DNA of 60,172 nucleotides from Candidatus Woesearchaeota archaeon (GTDB lineage Archaea; Nanobdellota; Nanobdellia; Pacearchaeales; GW2011-AR1): NCBI GenBank assembly GCA_964413095.1, contig CAYPRJ010000003.1, positions 1 to 60,172 of the forward strand, read 5' to 3'. Shown piece by piece: positions 57,738 to 60,172 of this stretch (position 1 is its first letter; each line of letters starts with the position of its first letter). The notes under the pieces were generated by a model. It saw only the letters and a program-made list of their open reading frames with translations, ran no database searches and was not told where the DNA came from. The position numbers and the translations under genes were made by a program.

Positions 57738-57837
57738 CTAACACCACTCACCCCTTCCCATATCACAGAGAGTTTCTTTTAATTTATCTATTTCAGCTTT
57801 TAATTCATTAATTTGAGTTTGTTGTTCTTGAATTATT
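57738..57837 (-). pseudogene. 3' remnant of a coiled-coil gene ending LCDMGRGEWC* (degraded second copy at 58513-58600)
   Basis: IIQEQQTQINELKAEIDKLKETLC...WC*, resembling the tail after peptidase-S74 chaperone domains. Confidence 0.5.
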
Positions 57838-57843
57838 TGAAAC

Positions 57844-58232
57844 CTAAACCAAATCTTTTGTCCTTGTTAGATTAATTTTTTTACTATTTCTGAAATCTTT
57901 ATCTTCACTCCAAATAGGACAATTCATCTTTAAACTTAATGCTAAAATATCCACATCCTTTTTGTCTATCTCCCCGATAATATTATCAGAACTTTTTATT
58001 TTATCTTTATAGTCTGATTTAGAATAAATCTTAAGAGGTAATAAGTATAATGCTTCTCTTTTTTACTTACCTCTGATTTTTTAGAGATAATTGGAATGTA
58101 TTTTTTCACTTCATTGATAGTAAATTCTGTGGAAATAAAATTAAACCTATGATCAAATAAAATGTCTCTGCTGACGCCGCCAATTAATGCAGAGATTATG
58201 GGAGTTGCATCAACTGCAATACTTATTTTCAT
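57844..58232 (-). pseudogene. PIN (VapC-like) toxin with a -1 frameshift
   Basis: VDATPIISALIGG...; continuation DKKDVDILALSL..CPIWSEDKDF in the -1 frame after AAAAAAGAG. Confidence 0.75.
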
Positions 58233-58444
58233 CCTCTCTTTTCAAAATCATCAATTATTTCTTTTTGACTTATTTTATTATCTTTCAATCCAGAAGCTAC
58301 TTTATCACTAATCTCAAAAAACCTTTTTCTTTTTAATTCCAAAATTTTCTCTCTTACAGCTTCCTCTATAAATTCATTCCCTTCAAATCCTAGTTCTGAT
58401 ATTATATCTTTTAATTCATTAGGCAGTTTAACTTTTGTTTCCAT
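58229..58444 (-). CDS. VapB-like antitoxin (RHH-like)
   Basis: VKLPNELK...EFIEEAVREKI; overlaps the PIN start. Confidence 0.7.
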   Translation of the reverse strand: METKVKLPNELKDIISELGFEGNEFIEEAVREKILELKRKRFFEISDKVASGLKDNKISQKEIIDDFEKRG

Positions 58445-58614
58445 ATTTGTTCAAATTAAAAATACTTTATATAATTTTTGTCCTAAGGTTATAGTCCTTG
58501 ATTTTTCTCATTTTAGCACCATTCTCCTTCCCATATCACAAAGAATTGTTCTTGGTTTGTTTTTTGCTTTTAAATTTATATTTGAATTTGTTCTCTCATT
58601 ATAACTCTTTATCA

Positions 58615-58726
58615 GCTTATATACACAACTGCAATCAAATATGCTTTGTATTCTTTAGTGTTTATGTTTGTTATTACAAAAGTTTTAAATACAAAAGAAA
58701 GCTAAAAACGATATGGCAGAGATAAA
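58615..58726 (+). repeat. 112-bp promoter + MAEI start repeat (copy 2 at 59360-59471; copy 3 may begin at 60161)
   Basis: Near-identical copies including TATA-like TTTTAAATA and ATGGCAGAGATAAA. Confidence 0.88.
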
Positions 58727-58934
58727 GATCAGAATACCTGATGAGCTGAAGGAAATAATTGAAAGAGATAGCATGGACTGGGGAAGAATAGCAAGAATGG
58801 CAATTTTACAGAAAGCTAAAGAAATTGAATTCATGAAAAACTTTTCTTCAGAAAGTGAATTTGATGAAAAAGATGTGTTGAAACTTGGAGAAAAAGTCAA
58901 TAAAGAAGTATCCAAAAAATACGAGGGAAGTTAA
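58713..58934 (+). CDS. VapB-like antitoxin
   Basis: IKIRIPDELK...DW..IAR.AI. Confidence 0.75.
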   Translation: MAEIKIRIPDELKEIIERDSMDWGRIARMAILQKAKEIEFMKNFSSESEFDEKDVLKLGEKVNKEVSKKYEGS

Positions 58935-59339
58935 ATGTTATTGATTCTGGATGCAAATATTTTATTTTCTGCACTAATAAAAAATTCAAAAGCAGCAGAA
59001 TTAATATTGTCTGATAAAATTGATTTTATAACGCCTGAATTTGTAATTGCTGAATTTAAAAAATACAAGAAAGATATAATTGAAAAAACTCATAGGTCTG
59101 ATGAAGAATTTCAGAAATTTTTCACAATATTAAGCAGTAGGATAGAAATAATCCCTTCTGAAGAATTAAAGCCGTTTATTGATAATGCAAAGGAAACCTG
59201 TCCTGACAATAAAGATGTTCCTTATTTTGCAGCAGCTTTAAAATATAAATGCCCTATATTGTCCCAGGATAGTGAATTAAAGAAACAAGATGAAATTAAA
59301 GTCTATAATATAAAAGAATTAATTGAACTGTTAAACTAA
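58935..59339 (+). CDS. PIN (VapC-like) toxin
   Basis: LDANILFSAL, E, PDNKDVPYFAAAL..CPILSQD. Confidence 0.88.
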   Translation: MLLILDANILFSALIKNSKAAELILSDKIDFITPEFVIAEFKKYKKDIIEKTHRSDEEFQKFFTILSSRIEIIPSEELKPFIDNAKETCPDNKDVPYFAAALKYKCPILSQDSELKKQDEIKVYNIKELIELLN

Positions 59340-59457
59340 TTAACACTGATCCCTTACCTGCTTATATATACAACTGCAATCAAATATGCTTTATATTCTC
59401 TGGTGTTTATGTTTGTTATTACAAAAGTTTTAAATACAAAAGAAAGCTAAAAACGAT

Positions 59458-59709
59458 ATGGCAGAGATAAATCTGAAAGTTAATGTTCCTGAAGAATTTA
59501 AAGAAGAATTCGAATTGGTTCTATCTGAAGTAACAAAGCAGTTCATCAAAAATCTTGAGATTTCCATGCTTCAAAAAAGGATTAAGTCTGATGAAGAACA
59601 GAAGCTTAATAACTGGTCTGTAAAACTCGGAAGAAAAGCTAAAAAAAATTCTTTCAACGACCTAATCTCAAATCTGTCTGAAAAAGACAAAAGAGAAATT
59701 TTTAGCTAA
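59458..59709 (+). CDS. Antitoxin-like protein
   Basis: Starts MAEI within the repeat; directly upstream of a PIN gene. Confidence 0.7.
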   Translation: MAEINLKVNVPEEFKEEFELVLSEVTKQFIKNLEISMLQKRIKSDEEQKLNNWSVKLGRKAKKNSFNDLISNLSEKDKREIFS

Positions 59710-59710
59710 A

Positions 59711-60127
59711 ATGAAAATTATCCTAGATAACAACATTTTATTTTCTCTTATAAACCCTGCATCTGTAAACTCATATTTATTTTCCTCTATCAATGCCGAA
59801 TTTTTTGCCCCGGAATTTATACAACAAGAATTTAAAAAATATATGAAAGAATGTCTTAAAAAATCCGGACTTTCTAAACAAGAATTCGAGATTAGAAAAA
59901 AAGAGATTTTTAGTAAAATAACTTTCAAACAGTTTAGAGAATATAAAAAATTCCTAAAAAAAGTTATCGCTGTGCTTGAGGATAAAGAAGATTCTCCTTA
60001 TCTTGCTTTAGCTCTATCTTTAAAAGCAATAATTTGGTCTAATGATTCACATTTGAAAAGGCAAAATTTAACAGAAGTTTTAACCACTTCAGAAATTTTG
60101 GACAGACTATTAAAAAATGAAATTTAA
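59711..60127 (+). CDS. PIN (VapC-like) toxin
   Basis: ILDNNILFS, DKEDSPYLALAL....IWSND. Confidence 0.88.
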   Translation: MKIILDNNILFSLINPASVNSYLFSSINAEFFAPEFIQQEFKKYMKECLKKSGLSKQEFEIRKKEIFSKITFKQFREYKKFLKKVIAVLEDKEDSPYLALALSLKAIIWSNDSHLKRQNLTEVLTTSEILDRLLKNEI

Positions 60128-60172
60128 TTTCTCATTATATTCAGAAGCTTTTAACCACCCATATACACAACT

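Noticed and set aside
58055..58075. Programmed -1 frameshift in the PIN gene
   Set aside because: The A run is not in canonical X-XXY-YYZ phase and no stimulatory structure is evident; mutation or sequencing error is more likely.

Overview
An AT-rich archaeal chromosome segment. Archaeal ribosomal proteins, Rpo7/Spt4, thermosome, an archaeal pilin, BHB tRNA introns and a reduced gene set point to a DPANN (Pacearchaeota/Woesearchaeota-like) genome; the taxonomy is inferred, not searched. The left ~40 kb is mostly core: rpoE1-spt4-rps24e-rps27ae, scpA, dph6, hisS, gltX, rpl10e, rpl35ae, thermosome, serS and 7 tRNAs (Ser, Trp with intron, His, Val, Gly, Tyr, Asp with a 172-nt intron). The right ~20 kb is accessory: surface proteins plus many toxin-antitoxin (TA) modules. 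Most notable observations: (1) a ~100-130 bp structured element present both intergenically (21149-21250) and inside the tRNA-Asp intron; (2) a ~210-nt four-way-junction RNA candidate between tRNA-Tyr and an aromatic amino acid permease; (3) small TA/accessory cassettes repeatedly bounded by short direct repeats of gene 3' ends (rpsJ, tRNA-Asp, a tail-fibre-like remnant) or by a recurring ~44-bp repeat, with no integrase in the window; (4) three TA pairs arranged tail-to-tail instead of as operons; (5) micro-ORFs missed by the ORF track, including a 28-aa, 9-Cys metallothionein-like peptide. All family calls are motif recognition by eye. No searches or folding programs were run.
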